A stretch of 60,491 nt of DNA, filler included, from Nitrospirae bacterium CG2_30_53_67 (GTDB lineage Bacteria; CG2-30-53-67), in the NCBI GenBank assembly GCA_001873285.1. It is 6 parts of 6 records of this genome, joined end to end, with 100 filler letters (N's around TTAATTAATTAA, not from the genome) between each part and the next. Parts side by side here need not be neighbours in the genome. Positions count along the whole stretch, not along the records: positions 1 to 24,787 come from MNYV01000122.1; 5 more parts are not named here. The stretch is one strand, 5' to 3'. The first letter of the stretch is position 1, and each line of letters starts with the position of its first letter. The position numbers were made by a program, and so were the translations under genes. The notes beneath the pieces were generated by a model. It had not been told where the DNA came from, made no database searches, and saw nothing but the letters and a program-made list of their open reading frames with translations. Positions 10,659 to 20,666 of the stretch are shown here, one piece after another.

Positions 10659-12761
10659 ATGATACATAAACTTGAAACCATGGTGGGGGGGCGCCTCCTT
10701 TCCATAGAGACGGGAAACGTGGCCAAACAGGCATCAGGCGCCGTGATGGCGCGCTACGGAGACACCATGGTCCTGGTGACCGCGGTCTCCGATCATAACG
10801 AACGGCAGGGTGTGGATTTCCTCCCGCTCACCATTCAATACCAGGAAAAGTTTTATGCCGCAGGAAAGATTCCCGGCGGTTTTTTCAAGAGAGAGGGAAG
10901 ACCCACTGAGTTCGAAACCTTATCCTCAAGACTGATCGACCGGCCCCTCCGTCCCCTTTTTCCTAAAAACTATTTCTTTGAAACCCAGGTGATTGCCACC
11001 GTCCTCTCTGCGGATCAGCAGAATTATCCGGATACGATTGCCCTGATCGGGGCTTCGGCTGCCCTTGCGATATCCGACGTTCCTTTCAAAGGACCGGTGG
11101 GAGGGGTGCGCGTGGGCAGGATCAATGGTGAATTCGTGATCAACCCCACATACAGCCGGATGGCAGACAGCGAACTCAACCTGATTGTGGCCGGGACACG
11201 CGAGGCCGTGACCATGGTCGAGGCCGGCGCCAGGGAACTTCCCGAAGAGGTCATGGCCGAAGCCATCGAGTTCGGCCATAGAGAAATCATCCGGATTGTG
11301 GAGATTCAGGAGGAACTTCAGCGCCGTGTCAATCCGGTGAAAAGGGTCCTTGAAACACCCGTCCCTGATGAAGCCGGGAAACAACTTGAAGCGGAGATTC
11401 GCTCCGCTGCCGCGGAGATGATCCGGTCTGTGAATGCCACACCGGGGAAACATGCCCGTCAGAAGGAGCTCGACGACGTCCTTCAGGAAATGATCAAAAG
11501 GTTCGATGATGAAACCGGGTCGAAGAAGGCCTTCATCAGCGGAGTCTGTTCCGAAATAGAGAGGGAAGACTTAAGAAGGCTGATCATACAAGAGAAGAAG
11601 CGGGTGGACGGACGCTCATTCAATGAGGTGCGTCCCATTAGCTGCCGGGTTGGTTTTCTTCCCAGGACACACGGATCCGCCCTGTTCACTCGAGGGGAGA
11701 CGCAGTCCATCGTGGTCACGACCCTGGGAACCTCCTCGGATGAACAGCGCATCGACGCCCTGGAGGGCGAATCGACCAAACGCTTCATGCTTCATTACAA
11801 TTTCCCGCCCTATAGCGTGGGAGAGGCCAAGATGCTTCGCGGACCCGGCAGGCGGGAAGTCGGACACGGCGCCCTGGCCGAACGGGCATTGACCCCGGTC
11901 ATCCCTGATGAAGAAAAATTTCCATATACCATACGGATCGTCTCGGAGATCACCGAATCCAACGGGTCGTCCTCCATGGCCACGGTCTGCGGCGGCACAT
12001 TATCCCTCATGGATGCAGGGGTCCCGATCGCCTCACCGGTTTCAGGTATCGCCATGGGGTTGATCAAGGAGGGTGACGACGTCATCATCCTCTCGGACAT
12101 CCTCGGCGCTGAGGACCATTTCGGAGATATGGACTTCAAGGTGACAGGGACGGAAAAAGGCGTGACGGCCCTACAGATGGATATCAAGATATCCGGAGTG
12201 GACAGGGAAATCATGTCCAGGGCCCTGGCACAGGCCAGGGAAGGACGGATCTTTATCCTGAAGAAGATGCTTGAGGCCCTCCCTGTACCCAGGGAAAATA
12301 TTTCGGTTCTCGCTCCGAGAATCGTGACCATCAAGATTCATCCGGACAAGATCCGGGAGGTGATCGGCCCCGGAGGCAAGATGATCCGGAGCATTGTGGA
12401 GCAGACCGGCGCGAAAATCGACATCGAGGACGATGGAACCGTCAAGATCGCCTCTGCGGATTCTGAGGCATGCGAGAATGCCATCAAGATCATCCGGGAC
12501 CTGACCCAGGAGGCCCAGGTAGGGAAGATCTATCTTGGGACGGTCAGGAAGATCATGGATTTCGGGGCCTTTGTGGAGATCTTTCCGGGCACAGACGGCC
12601 TGGTGCACATCTCGCAGCTGGCTGATTTCCGGGTCAACCGGGTGGAAGACGTGCTCAAGGAAGGCGATCAGACCCTGGTCAAGGTTCTGGAAATCGACCG
12701 GCAGGGAAAGATACGGCTGAGCCGCAAGGAAGCCATGCCCGAGAAGGAAAAGAAAAAATAA
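10659..12761 (+). CDS. pnp: Polyribonucleotide nucleotidyltransferase
   Basis: Two RNase PH domains ([19 protein letters not shown]), KH and S1. Confidence 0.99.
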   Translation: MIHKLETMVGGRLLSIETGNVAKQASGAVMARYGDTMVLVTAVSDHNERQGVDFLPLTIQYQEKFYAAGKIPGGFFKREGRPTEFETLSSRLIDRPLRPLFPKNYFFETQVIATVLSADQQNYPDTIALIGASAALAISDVPFKGPVGGVRVGRINGEFVINPTYSRMADSELNLIVAGTREAVTMVEAGARELPEEVMAEAIEFGHREIIRIVEIQEELQRRVNPVKRVLETPVPDEAGKQLEAEIRSAAAEMIRSVNATPGKHARQKELDDVLQEMIKRFDDETGSKKAFISGVCSEIEREDLRRLIIQEKKRVDGRSFNEVRPISCRVGFLPRTHGSALFTRGETQSIVVTTLGTSSDEQRIDALEGESTKRFMLHYNFPPYSVGEAKMLRGPGRREVGHGALAERALTPVIPDEEKFPYTIRIVSEITESNGSSSMATVCGGTLSLMDAGVPIASPVSGIAMGLIKEGDDVIILSDILGAEDHFGDMDFKVTGTEKGVTALQMDIKISGVDREIMSRALAQAREGRIFILKKMLEALPVPRENISVLAPRIVTIKIHPDKIREVIGPGGKMIRSIVEQTGAKIDIEDDGTVKIASADSEACENAIKIIRDLTQEAQVGKIYLGTVRKIMDFGAFVEIFPGTDGLVHISQLADFRVNRVEDVLKEGDQTLVKVLEIDRQGKIRLSRKEAMPEKEKKK

Positions 12762-12768
12762 AAACATC

Positions 12769-12813
12769 CTTGCGACAACAAGAGGGGGGGATACCCACTC
12801 TTGTTGTCGTAAG
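12769..12813. terminator. Strong hairpin after pnp (no U-tract)
   Basis: CGACAACAAGAG..CTCTTGTTGTCG. Confidence 0.55.
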
Positions 12814-12858
12814 AATCATGCCTTTAAAAACGGCGCAAGACGTCTTAGAACTGACCTC

Positions 12859-13335
12859 ATGAAGATCATTCAGGTCCAGATATGTAAGAGAGAAAACTGC
12901 CGCGACCTTCAGATGCCCGCGTATATGTCCGAACATGCCTCAGGAATGGATCTTCTCGCAGCCATACAGGAACAAGAGATCATAGAGCCCGGTGAGTGCA
13001 AGCGGATTCCTACAGGAATTTTTATTGCGCTGCCGGAAGGCGTTGAGGCTCAGATCAGGCCCAGGAGCGGTCTGGCCTTGAAGCATGGGATCACCCTCCT
13101 CAACTCACCAGGCACCATAGATTCGGATTACCGTGGAGAAATCGGGGTACTGATGATCAATCACGGCCCGGAACCATTCACCGTACGCAGGGGAGACCGG
13201 ATCGCACAGATGGTGATCGTTCCGGTGTTCAGGGCCGAGTGGGTCCAGGTGCAGGTCCTTCCGGAGACCGGAAGGGCTTCAGGCGGATTCGGGCATACGG
13301 GAATTCGAGAGGGCGATTTCAAGGGGATCGATTGA
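12859..13335 (+). CDS. dut: dUTP diphosphatase
   Basis: [31 protein letters not shown]. Confidence 0.98.
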   Translation: MKIIQVQICKRENCRDLQMPAYMSEHASGMDLLAAIQEQEIIEPGECKRIPTGIFIALPEGVEAQIRPRSGLALKHGITLLNSPGTIDSDYRGEIGVLMINHGPEPFTVRRGDRIAQMVIVPVFRAEWVQVQVLPETGRASGGFGHTGIREGDFKGID

Positions 13336-13862
13336 TGGACGACGCTATCCGGGAAAAAGCCTTGAAGATCCGTTGGATCATACTCGACGTGGACGGGGTC
13401 ATGACCGACGGCGGCATCACCTATGACGCACATGGGCTGGAGACCAAAACTTTTCATGTCCGTGACGGCCATGGGATCAAGCTTGCCCAACGGGCAGGCC
13501 TCCGTTTTGCGATCATCACCGGAAGGGAGTCCCCGGTTGTGAATCTGAGGGCCAGGGAACTGGGGATCGAAGAGGTCCGCCAGGGGGCAAAGAGAAAAAT
13601 CGAGGCCTATGACGAAATTATCGGAAAATGGGATCTGACAGATGAGGAGGCTGCCTATATCGGGGATGATCTCATCGATCTTCCGATTTTTCGGCGTGCC
13701 GGTCTTTCCGCCGCGGTGGCCGATGCCGACCTGGAGACCAGGGGACAGGCCGATCTTATTCTCTCGCATCCGGGCGGCCGCGGCGCCGTACGTGAATTCA
13801 TCGAGATCATCCTCCAAGCCCAGAACAAATGGAAAGAGGTTACGGAGAGATACTATTCGTAA
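13335..13862 (+). CDS. kdsC: KDO 8-phosphate phosphatase (HAD)
   Basis: LDVDGVMTDG, IGDDLID, GGRGAVRE; start overlaps the dut stop. Confidence 0.93.
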   Translation: MDDAIREKALKIRWIILDVDGVMTDGGITYDAHGLETKTFHVRDGHGIKLAQRAGLRFAIITGRESPVVNLRARELGIEEVRQGAKRKIEAYDEIIGKWDLTDEEAAYIGDDLIDLPIFRRAGLSAAVADADLETRGQADLILSHPGGRGAVREFIEIILQAQNKWKEVTERYYS

Positions 13863-13997
13863 TTCCGGTGAAGGAAATTGGGCTCTTCGCGTAAGAGTGT
13901 GGGTTGATTCCAATAAAAAAAACACTATACGGCCAACATGTCTTCAGATGCTCATGATCCATTAGCCAGTCCGAAAGCCCCCTGAATTCTTCTTCAG

Positions 13998-14549
13998 TAA
14001 TCACTTTACCCCCGGCAAAGCCGGGAGTAAAGTGATTCTTTCGATGAAGACACCAGAGGGGATAAGAGCGGTATATTTTTATTAGTCGGGCAGGAAAGAA
14101 TAGAGATGGTTCAAAAAATCTCCCCTTGCCTGCCTGCTGTGTCGGTAGACAGGTGGCCCCGCGCGCCTGTCTGCGTGCTACCACACAGCACAGGCAGGCG
14201 CATTAAAAAGCTGATCCACCCTATTCGCCTCCCCTTTGTAAGGGGAGGATAGGTGGGGTAGATCCAGGGGGGGGCTACCTCCCCATTCCCCTCCTTACAA
14301 AGGAGGGGGAAATGAAATTCCTCCCGTCGCCTGCCCTGAGCGCAGTCGAAGGGGCAAAGGGAGGTTAGATCCTGCCCTCGAATGGGTTGATCGGCCGATG
14401 GCTCGTAGAGGGGAGGGATTCTCTACATGATGTCGTTTCTATTATGAGAACCTTAATATATGAGGAGTGAATATCTGGATTCCCCGATCAAGTCGGGGAA
14501 TGACGGGGTTGGCTGTGGGGAATGACGGGACTGGCTGTCGGGGAATGAC
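13998..14549. repeat. Hot-spot of short palindromic (REP-like) elements of several families
   Basis: AATCACTTTACCCCCGGC/GCCGGGAGTAAAGTGATT; CCTG(C/T)CTG..CAG(A/G)CAGG x2; CCCCTTTGTAAGGGGAGG/CCTCCTTACAAAGGAGGGG; CCTGAGCGCAGTCGAAGG; CTGGATTCCCCGATCAAGTCGGGGAATGAC plus two tandem GGGAATGAC units. Confidence 0.8.
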
Positions 14550-14585
14550 AGGGTTTGTTAGGGAGGGATTCCCCTCTTGTCCGGA

Positions 14586-15071
14586 TCAAGACCCAGAAGG
14601 CCTTTCTCTGAAAACCCGCAGATAATTAACCAGGTTCCATCGCTCCTGAGGGGAAATCCTTTTCTGAAAGGAGGGCATGGTCCCGAAGCCGAAGGTGATC
14701 CGGATAAAGATGTCCGCATCCTTCATCTGCTGTATTCTTTGCTCATGGAGATTGGCCGGCTGAGGCAGAAACTTTTTTCCTACAGGACCGTCTCCAAACC
14801 CCTGCTTCCCGTGGCACATGGCGCAGTTGATCTCGAAGAGGGTCTCCCCCCGCTGAACCGATGCATCATTCACCGGTACAGGATTGATCAGCGTCTCTCC
14901 GGGGATCAAGACTTCCTTCCCTTGAATGGGCATGGATTCATCCGGTGATGAGAGCCTCGGCCCCTCCTGGGCCTTGAAGGACGGCTGATCTTCCATGTCA
15001 TGGCATCCCACAATGCCGAACAGGAATTCCGTTATGAGCAGAAACCGGATAGAGAAAATGAAGCGCCTCAT
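14586..15071 (-). CDS. actE: Monoheme cytochrome c lipoprotein, ActE-like
   Basis: Lipobox-like IVGC followed by DMEDQP; CAMCH; distal Met (GTMP). Confidence 0.85.
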   Translation of the reverse strand: MRRFIFSIRFLLITEFLFGIVGCHDMEDQPSFKAQEGPRLSSPDESMPIQGKEVLIPGETLINPVPVNDASVQRGETLFEINCAMCHGKQGFGDGPVGKKFLPQPANLHEQRIQQMKDADIFIRITFGFGTMPSFQKRISPQERWNLVNYLRVFRERPSGS

Positions 15072-15595
15072 TTCTCGTCCTCCCCATACGTGCCTTCGGC
15101 AAGCCGGACCCTCACGGCCCCGGCCTTCTGCATGATCTCCCTGGCCTTGTCCTGCTGGTTCCGGTCCCTGCAGTCAACCAAGATCCCGATCAGTCCCCGT
15201 GATATCTCCGGATCATACAGGCGTTTTTTGAATTTAGGGAGCCCCATCTCCAGAAACATGCCGCCGATGGTTCCAAGAATGGCGAAGAGCATCATGAATT
15301 CATAGGTAATGATCCCTACGGGGAAAAGCGATATGATGGGCTTGTCCCCAGTATAAAGGGGATAGAGCCAGGCCGTAAGGACCGACAGGGAGAAACCAAG
15401 AATTATTCCCACCGCTCCGCCGGTTAGGGAGATCCAGCGGAAATAGGAGCGCCTCTCCTCCTTGACGATCACACCGTTCGGATACGGGGCGGAAGAGAGC
15501 GAGGTCATGGCCTTTTCATCCATGCCGCTCTGGATCAGGGCCTCCACGGCCCCGGCTGCGGTCTGCGGGTCTTTAAAAAGTCCCAGGGTTTCCAT
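15068..15595 (-). CDS. actD: ActD-like (DUF3341) membrane subunit
   Basis: Two TMs, YPL..GDKP..FP..IITYEF motif, position after NrfD. Confidence 0.85.
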   Translation of the reverse strand: METLGLFKDPQTAAGAVEALIQSGMDEKAMTSLSSAPYPNGVIVKEERRSYFRWISLTGGAVGIILGFSLSVLTAWLYPLYTGDKPIISLFPVGIITYEFMMLFAILGTIGGMFLEMGLPKFKKRLYDPEISRGLIGILVDCRDRNQQDKAREIMQKAGAVRVRLAEGTYGEDEK

Positions 15596-16976
15596 CCTGC
15601 TGTTCCTCCGTAATATGTGTATTCAAGGTCGTCCGGCCAAGCTGAGTCTTTGACCGCAAGATTTCGCCCTCCATCACATCGTTGATGGAGACAATGGGAA
15701 AGAACTTGGAAAAGAGTGTGTACAGGAGGGCGAATCCTGCAAATGCAGCAGCCATGATCGAGATCTCCACCCATGTGGGGTGGTAGACCCCCCAGATGAA
15801 AGGGACGTTCCTGTGAGAGAGGGTCGGGACCACAATCAGGAACCGCTCGATGAACATCCCCACGTTCACAAAAAGAGAGATGATCAGTATGGCCGGAATG
15901 GATCTTCGCACCTTTTTGAAGCAGAGCGCAGGAATCGTGATGCAGGAGTTCCCGAGCACCATGAGGCCGAGAAGATACCAGTACCGCTCTGCGATGAAGG
16001 TAAAGACCTCCCACTCGATGGGCTTGTGCCCGTACCAGGTCGTCAGAACCTCGGAAAAATAGAAATAGGTCCATAAGAGGGAGACGACGAGGAGGATCTT
16101 CCCCATATTGTCGAAATGGATCGGACGCAGATACGCCTCCAGATGAAAGGCCTTGCGGATCACCACCATGACCGTGATCACGGCGGCCACGCCCGAGAAG
16201 ATAGCCCCGATCACGAAATACGGAGCGAAGATGGTGCTGTGCCAACCCGGCACCAGGGTCATGGCGAAGTCCCAGGAGACGATGGAATGGACCGAGACGG
16301 CCACCGGGATGATCAGGACCGCCATGAGTGTGGATGCCTTGGCGAAGACGCGCCACTCGTGTGCCGATCCTCGCCATCCCATGGCAAGGACCGAATAGAG
16401 CTGCTTCCTCCAGCCCGAAGACCGGTCCCGTACGATAGCAAGATCAGGGAGCATCCCAAGGTAGAGAAAGAGCGAACTCCCGATGATATAGGTGGTAATG
16501 GCTATGATATCCCAGAGCAGGGGCGAGCGGAAGTTGGGCCAGAGGCCCCGCTGATTGGGGATGGGGAGAAAGTAGAGGAGCTTCCAGGGACGGCCCAGAT
16601 GGATCATGGGGAAGGTCCCGGCCACCAGGATCGTAAAAACGGTCAAGGCCTCGGCCCCCCGCAGGATCGGCCTTCGCCAGTTGGCCTTGGCAAGGCGGAG
16701 AATCGCGGAGACCATGGTCCCGGAGTGCGAGAGCCCAACCCAGAAGACAAAGCTGACGATATAGAACCCCCACATCACCGGAAGGTTGATCCCGGCCGCA
16801 CCCATTCCGACTTTGATCTGATAACCCCAGGCAATCCCTCCCCAGATCACGATGAGCCCCAAAAATCCTACAAGCAGAAACCACTTCCAGGTGGGCGGGT
16901 TCATGGATGAGGTCAGCTCCTGCTGTATGGTCTTTGTATCCTTTGAAACCAGGTCCCTGTCATCGGACATGCTCAT
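15573..16976 (-). CDS. actC: NrfD-family quinol-interacting subunit, ActC-like
   Basis: FVFWVGLSHSGT, HLGRPW, NFRSPLLWD, SVHSIVSWDFA, GWHSTIF. Confidence 0.93.
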   Translation of the reverse strand: MSMSDDRDLVSKDTKTIQQELTSSMNPPTWKWFLLVGFLGLIVIWGGIAWGYQIKVGMGAAGINLPVMWGFYIVSFVFWVGLSHSGTMVSAILRLAKANWRRPILRGAEALTVFTILVAGTFPMIHLGRPWKLLYFLPIPNQRGLWPNFRSPLLWDIIAITTYIIGSSLFLYLGMLPDLAIVRDRSSGWRKQLYSVLAMGWRGSAHEWRVFAKASTLMAVLIIPVAVSVHSIVSWDFAMTLVPGWHSTIFAPYFVIGAIFSGVAAVITVMVVIRKAFHLEAYLRPIHFDNMGKILLVVSLLWTYFYFSEVLTTWYGHKPIEWEVFTFIAERYWYLLGLMVLGNSCITIPALCFKKVRRSIPAILIISLFVNVGMFIERFLIVVPTLSHRNVPFIWGVYHPTWVEISIMAAAFAGFALLYTLFSKFFPIVSINDVMEGEILRSKTQLGRTTLNTHITEEQQDGNPGTF

Positions 16977-17697
16977 GTCCTCCTCCCTTGAGGTAGATCA
17001 CCGAGGGATCGGTCCCCAGATCCTCGATCAGCCGGAACCTCCTGGTGCTTCGGGACAGCCGGAAGACGCGGCTTTCAGGATCGGCCATATTGCCGAAGAC
17101 CATGGCCTCCGGCGGGCAGGTCTGGGCGCAGGCCGGCTGAATCTCGCCGTCACGGATGACCCTCCTCTCTTGTTTTGCCGCCTCCTTGGCCCGCCGTATC
17201 CTCTGGATACAGAAGGTGCACTTCTCCATGACCCCCTTGCTCCGGACGGTCACATCCGGATTGAGCTGCTGATTCAGCGGATCTGGGAATGACGGCTCAA
17301 AAAAATTGAAGACCCGAACCGAATAGGGGCAGTTGTTTGCGCAATACCGCGTCCCCACGCACCGGTTATAAACCTGTGCGTTCAGCCCCTCGGCATTATG
17401 GTAACTGGCATAGACCGGGCAGACCGGCTCGCACGGGGCGTTGTTGCACTGCTGGCAAAGGAGCGGGATGAACCTCGCCCGGACATTCGGATACTCCCCC
17501 TCCCAGTAGCGTTCAATCCGGATCCAGTGCATGGCGCGGCCGTAACCGCTCTTTTTCTTCCCCACGAAGGGGACGTTATTTTCCGCATGGCAGGCCACGA
17601 CGCAGGCGCCGCACCCGGTGCATCGGTCCAAGTCAATGATCATGCCCCATTTGTATTTCACTGTATGCCCTTTGTTGTCTGTGTCTTTCATACTCAT
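16960..17697 (-). CDS. 4Fe-4S dicluster subunit, ActB2/QrcC-like
   Basis: CTGCGACVVACHAENN, CQQCNNAPCEPVCP, RCVGTRYCANNCPY, EKCTFC. Confidence 0.93.
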   Translation of the reverse strand: MSMKDTDNKGHTVKYKWGMIIDLDRCTGCGACVVACHAENNVPFVGKKKSGYGRAMHWIRIERYWEGEYPNVRARFIPLLCQQCNNAPCEPVCPVYASYHNAEGLNAQVYNRCVGTRYCANNCPYSVRVFNFFEPSFPDPLNQQLNPDVTVRSKGVMEKCTFCIQRIRRAKEAAKQERRVIRDGEIQPACAQTCPPEAMVFGNMADPESRVFRLSRSTRRFRLIEDLGTDPSVIYLKGGGHEHVR

Positions 17698-17734
17698 GTT
17701 AAGGTTCTCGTAATAGAATGGACGTTGACACGGT

Positions 17735-19942
17735 TTAGATCTCCATCAGTTCTCCGCGGTAGCTCCCCTCCGGATGCCCCATGACCGTAAGATTCCCTTG
17801 GTCGGAAATCCGTGTCAGACGCACCCGGGTCGCACCCCAGGCCGGCAGCCTGTTCTCCTCATCCATGATCGGCGCAAGGAGGGCGAGCGGATTGGCGCCG
17901 ATATTCGAAGCGTAGCGCCCCATTCCCTGATGCCCCTGCCCCATGGGCACGGCCACCAGGTCCGGACGGATCGCCGGAAAGATCACGGCCGGCACGCGAA
18001 TCGCCCCCTGGGGCGACTCTACCTGGACCAGATCCCCCTGTTGAATGCCGAGGGATGCTGCGGTCTTGGGGTGGATCTCCACCCAGGAGCCCCATACGGC
18101 CGTGGTCATGGGGTCAGGGAGTTCCTGGAGCCATGGGAGATGAGCCTCACGTCCGTCATATAGAGAGGGAGAAGGAAAGACCGCAAGGTATAAGGGATAA
18201 GTCTCTTCATCCCCCTGGAAACGGGGCGGCCGCACCGGCGCCGGGCTGAATGTCCCGCTGATCTTCCGGGGGGCCGCGACCTGTTCCGGCCCGAATATCC
18301 CCCCTTTCTGCAAGATTCCGACCCAGATCCTTTCGAAAGCGGGTCCGGAAGGGGCGTTCAATTTTTTTTGCACAGACTCTTTGAGCATCTCGAGGTAATT
18401 CTTATACGGGAGAGCCTCCCGCATCTTCCCGCCGAGGGCCTGGGACGCGGTTAGGATCAGGTCCGGGACCGGCCGGGTATCATAAATCGGCCTCACCACC
18501 GGCTGCATCACCCCCGTCACAGAGGAACGGATACCGGCACGGGGGATCACATCGCCCCAGCTCTCCAGATCCGAATGGTCCGGAAGGATGAGGTCCGCGT
18601 ACCTGGATGTATCATCCATGATGGATGAAAAGCTGACTACGAAGGGGACCTTGAGGAAGGCTTCCTGAAACCGTGTGGATTTCGGGATACTGTAAACCGG
18701 GTTGCATAGATAGACCAGAGCCAGACCGATCTTCTGTGACTGCATGGCATCAATCGCCGAGACAAGGTCCGCAAAACCGCTTTGTTCCTCCGGGGCGGAT
18801 GATTCAGGCCGAAACAGAACCCCGCCCGGCTTCCCGACATTCCCGGCCAGAAGGTTTAGAAAATGGATGGCCTCAACTGCATCCCTGCCGTTGGTCTGGA
18901 AGGCCGCCGCGTCCCCGGCCATGGCAAGAGAAGGCCGGATCGTGGCAAACTCACGCGCGGTCGATGCAATCTCTTTCGGCTTGAGACCTGTAGCCTCGGC
19001 CACCTGCTGAAGGTCATATCCGGAAAGCCTTGCCTTCCATTCTTCGGGGTCTCCTCCCATGGCCTGAACCGCCTGGCGGTTATAAAGCCCCTCGTCGAGA
19101 ATCAGTTTGGCCATACCGAGCGCCAGGATACCCTCCTGCCCCGTCTTCACCGGGAGCCATCGGTCCGCGGAGGCCGCGGTCATGGAAAGCCGAGGCCCCG
19201 CGTAGGTGAACCGTCCCCGGATGGTCGGGCGGGCCTGGCGCATCTTTCCGAAGGCATTCCCGTACCGGACAGGTGAAAGGTAAGTTTCCAGGAAATCCGC
19301 CCCGAAACTCAGGAGATATTGCGTATGCTCGATGTCATAGTCCGGAAGGTCGGACCTGCCGTACACGGCAAGGCCGGCCTGTTCATCACATTCGGTCGAC
19401 AGGAACTCGTAAGAGAGGCGCCGGGGAGATCCATACGCAGTCATGAAGGTCCGGAATAATTCATGTAGAGACCCTTGCAGCCTGGGGGTCACCAGGAGGA
19501 GTTGATCGGCCCGGCCCTGATCCTTCAGTCCCTTCAACTGCTCCACCAGAATCTTCATCCCCTCTGCCCAGGAGATGGGAGCAAAGGCGCCGGACCTTTT
19601 GGCCCCAGTCCGCTTCATGGGCTGACGGATCCGGTCCGGATGGTAGAGATCCTGCAGAGCCGCCTGGCCCCTTGCACAGAGCCTGCCCTGATTGACCGGA
19701 TGAAGGGGGTTCCCTTCGATTTTCTTGGCACGCCCTTCGGCGACCTGAACCAGGGTCCCGCACCCTGCAGGGCATTGCCTGCAGGCGCTTGCGAAATAGT
19801 TCACCACGCCGGGAATGGATCCGTCATCCGGCGGGATGAGGAACGGGATCAGCTTCTCGGCCCCTTTACCGCATGATGACAGCATGGTCCCCGCGGCGGT
19901 CAACCCGGTCAATTGCAGAAACTTTCTCCGTTTGATTCCCAT
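17735..19942 (-). CDS. Tat-exported molybdopterin-oxidoreductase-family subunit, ActB1/QrcB-like
   Basis: KRRKFL Tat signal with Cys (SSCG); CRQCPAGC..LCARG FS0 motif; PWLQELPDP..WGSWVEIHP. Confidence 0.9.
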   Translation of the reverse strand: MGIKRRKFLQLTGLTAAGTMLSSCGKGAEKLIPFLIPPDDGSIPGVVNYFASACRQCPAGCGTLVQVAEGRAKKIEGNPLHPVNQGRLCARGQAALQDLYHPDRIRQPMKRTGAKRSGAFAPISWAEGMKILVEQLKGLKDQGRADQLLLVTPRLQGSLHELFRTFMTAYGSPRRLSYEFLSTECDEQAGLAVYGRSDLPDYDIEHTQYLLSFGADFLETYLSPVRYGNAFGKMRQARPTIRGRFTYAGPRLSMTAASADRWLPVKTGQEGILALGMAKLILDEGLYNRQAVQAMGGDPEEWKARLSGYDLQQVAEATGLKPKEIASTAREFATIRPSLAMAGDAAAFQTNGRDAVEAIHFLNLLAGNVGKPGGVLFRPESSAPEEQSGFADLVSAIDAMQSQKIGLALVYLCNPVYSIPKSTRFQEAFLKVPFVVSFSSIMDDTSRYADLILPDHSDLESWGDVIPRAGIRSSVTGVMQPVVRPIYDTRPVPDLILTASQALGGKMREALPYKNYLEMLKESVQKKLNAPSGPAFERIWVGILQKGGIFGPEQVAAPRKISGTFSPAPVRPPRFQGDEETYPLYLAVFPSPSLYDGREAHLPWLQELPDPMTTAVWGSWVEIHPKTAASLGIQQGDLVQVESPQGAIRVPAVIFPAIRPDLVAVPMGQGHQGMGRYASNIGANPLALLAPIMDEENRLPAWGATRVRLTRISDQGNLTVMGHPEGSYRGELMEI

Positions 19943-19951
19943 AGTCTCTTT

Positions 19952-19986
19952 CAATTTCAAATCTCAAATTTCAAATTTGAAATCTC
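19952..19986. repeat. Heptamer tandem repeat AAT(T/C)T(C/G)A x5 between actA and actB1
   Basis: aatttca aatctca aatttca aatttga aatctct. Confidence 0.75.
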
Positions 19987-19987
19987 T

Positions 19988-20503
19988 TTATACATGACAC
20001 GTCCAGCAATCAATACTCACCTTGTTCTTGCGGTGGCAGCCCAGGCACCATCCCATCTTGAGGCTGGAGACTCTCCGGATCCGGTCCATGGAGGCCACGT
20101 CCCCATGGCAGAAGGTACAGGCCGTTCCTGCATTGACGTGCATCTTGTGAGGAAAATAGACATGGTCCGGAAGATCATGCGCCTTGACCCAGGGGACAGG
20201 CTCCTTGTTCTTCCAGTACTCCATGAGTTTCTTGACCTCGGGATTGTCACGAGCGATGATGATATGGCAGTTTCTGCAGGTCTCCAGGTCCGGCACCCCG
20301 GCAGACCTTGAGACCTTCGCGTACCGGTGGCAGTAAAGGCAATGGATCTCATTTTCCCCGGCATGAACCTTGTGGCTGAAGGCAATGGGCTGGACCGGGG
20401 ACGGGTCCCCTGTGCTCAATGGGATCAGATAAATGCCGAAAAGAGCGGCAGCCGCTGCGAAGCCAAGAAGGACCAGGATCATCACCACCAAGGACGTTCT
20501 CAT
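19988..20503 (-). CDS. actA: Membrane-anchored pentaheme cytochrome c, ActA/QrcA-like
   Basis: Five CxxCH motifs (CLYCH, CRNCH, CTFCH, CLGCH, CWTCH); PVQPIAFSHKVH; LPDHVYFPH. Confidence 0.92.
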   Translation of the reverse strand: MRTSLVVMILVLLGFAAAAALFGIYLIPLSTGDPSPVQPIAFSHKVHAGENEIHCLYCHRYAKVSRSAGVPDLETCRNCHIIIARDNPEVKKLMEYWKNKEPVPWVKAHDLPDHVYFPHKMHVNAGTACTFCHGDVASMDRIRRVSSLKMGWCLGCHRKNKVSIDCWTCHV

Positions 20504-20522
20504 TCAATCTCCAGACGCCTCT

Positions 20523-20552
20523 CTTATACCAATCCCTTGGTCTTCCTGTCAA
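20523..20552 (-). promoter_or_regulatory. sigma70-like promoter of the act operon
   Basis: TTGACA-18 bp-TATAAG with TG extension on the minus strand. Confidence 0.6.
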
Positions 20553-20561
20553 GCAGCACAT

Positions 20562-20628
20562 TTATTAATAGTCTCGAAATAGAATAACATGATTCATGAC
20601 GTCGTTTCTATTATGAGAACCTTAATAA
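20562..20628. repeat. Palindromic element whose right arm recurs at 14426-14458
   Basis: TTATTAATAGTCTCGAAATAGAA..TTCTATTATGAGAACCTTAATAA; 33-bp match (1 mismatch) at 14426. Confidence 0.75.
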
Positions 20629-20666
20629 AAAGAGGATCTTCACAAAATCGAGCGGCTTGATTCCAA

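Noticed and set aside
14475..14549. Tandem GGGAATGAC units as a mini CRISPR
   Set aside because: Spacers are short and similar to each other; this is the tail of a REP-like element
15573..19942. Polysulfide/tetrathionate reductase or NrfCD
   Set aside because: Pentaheme ActA, ActD, ActE and ActC-specific motifs point to the ACIII/Qrc family
14426..20627. act operon as an integrated island with attL/attR
   Set aside because: No integrase or tRNA, composition looks like the host, and the repeat is an arm of a palindromic element
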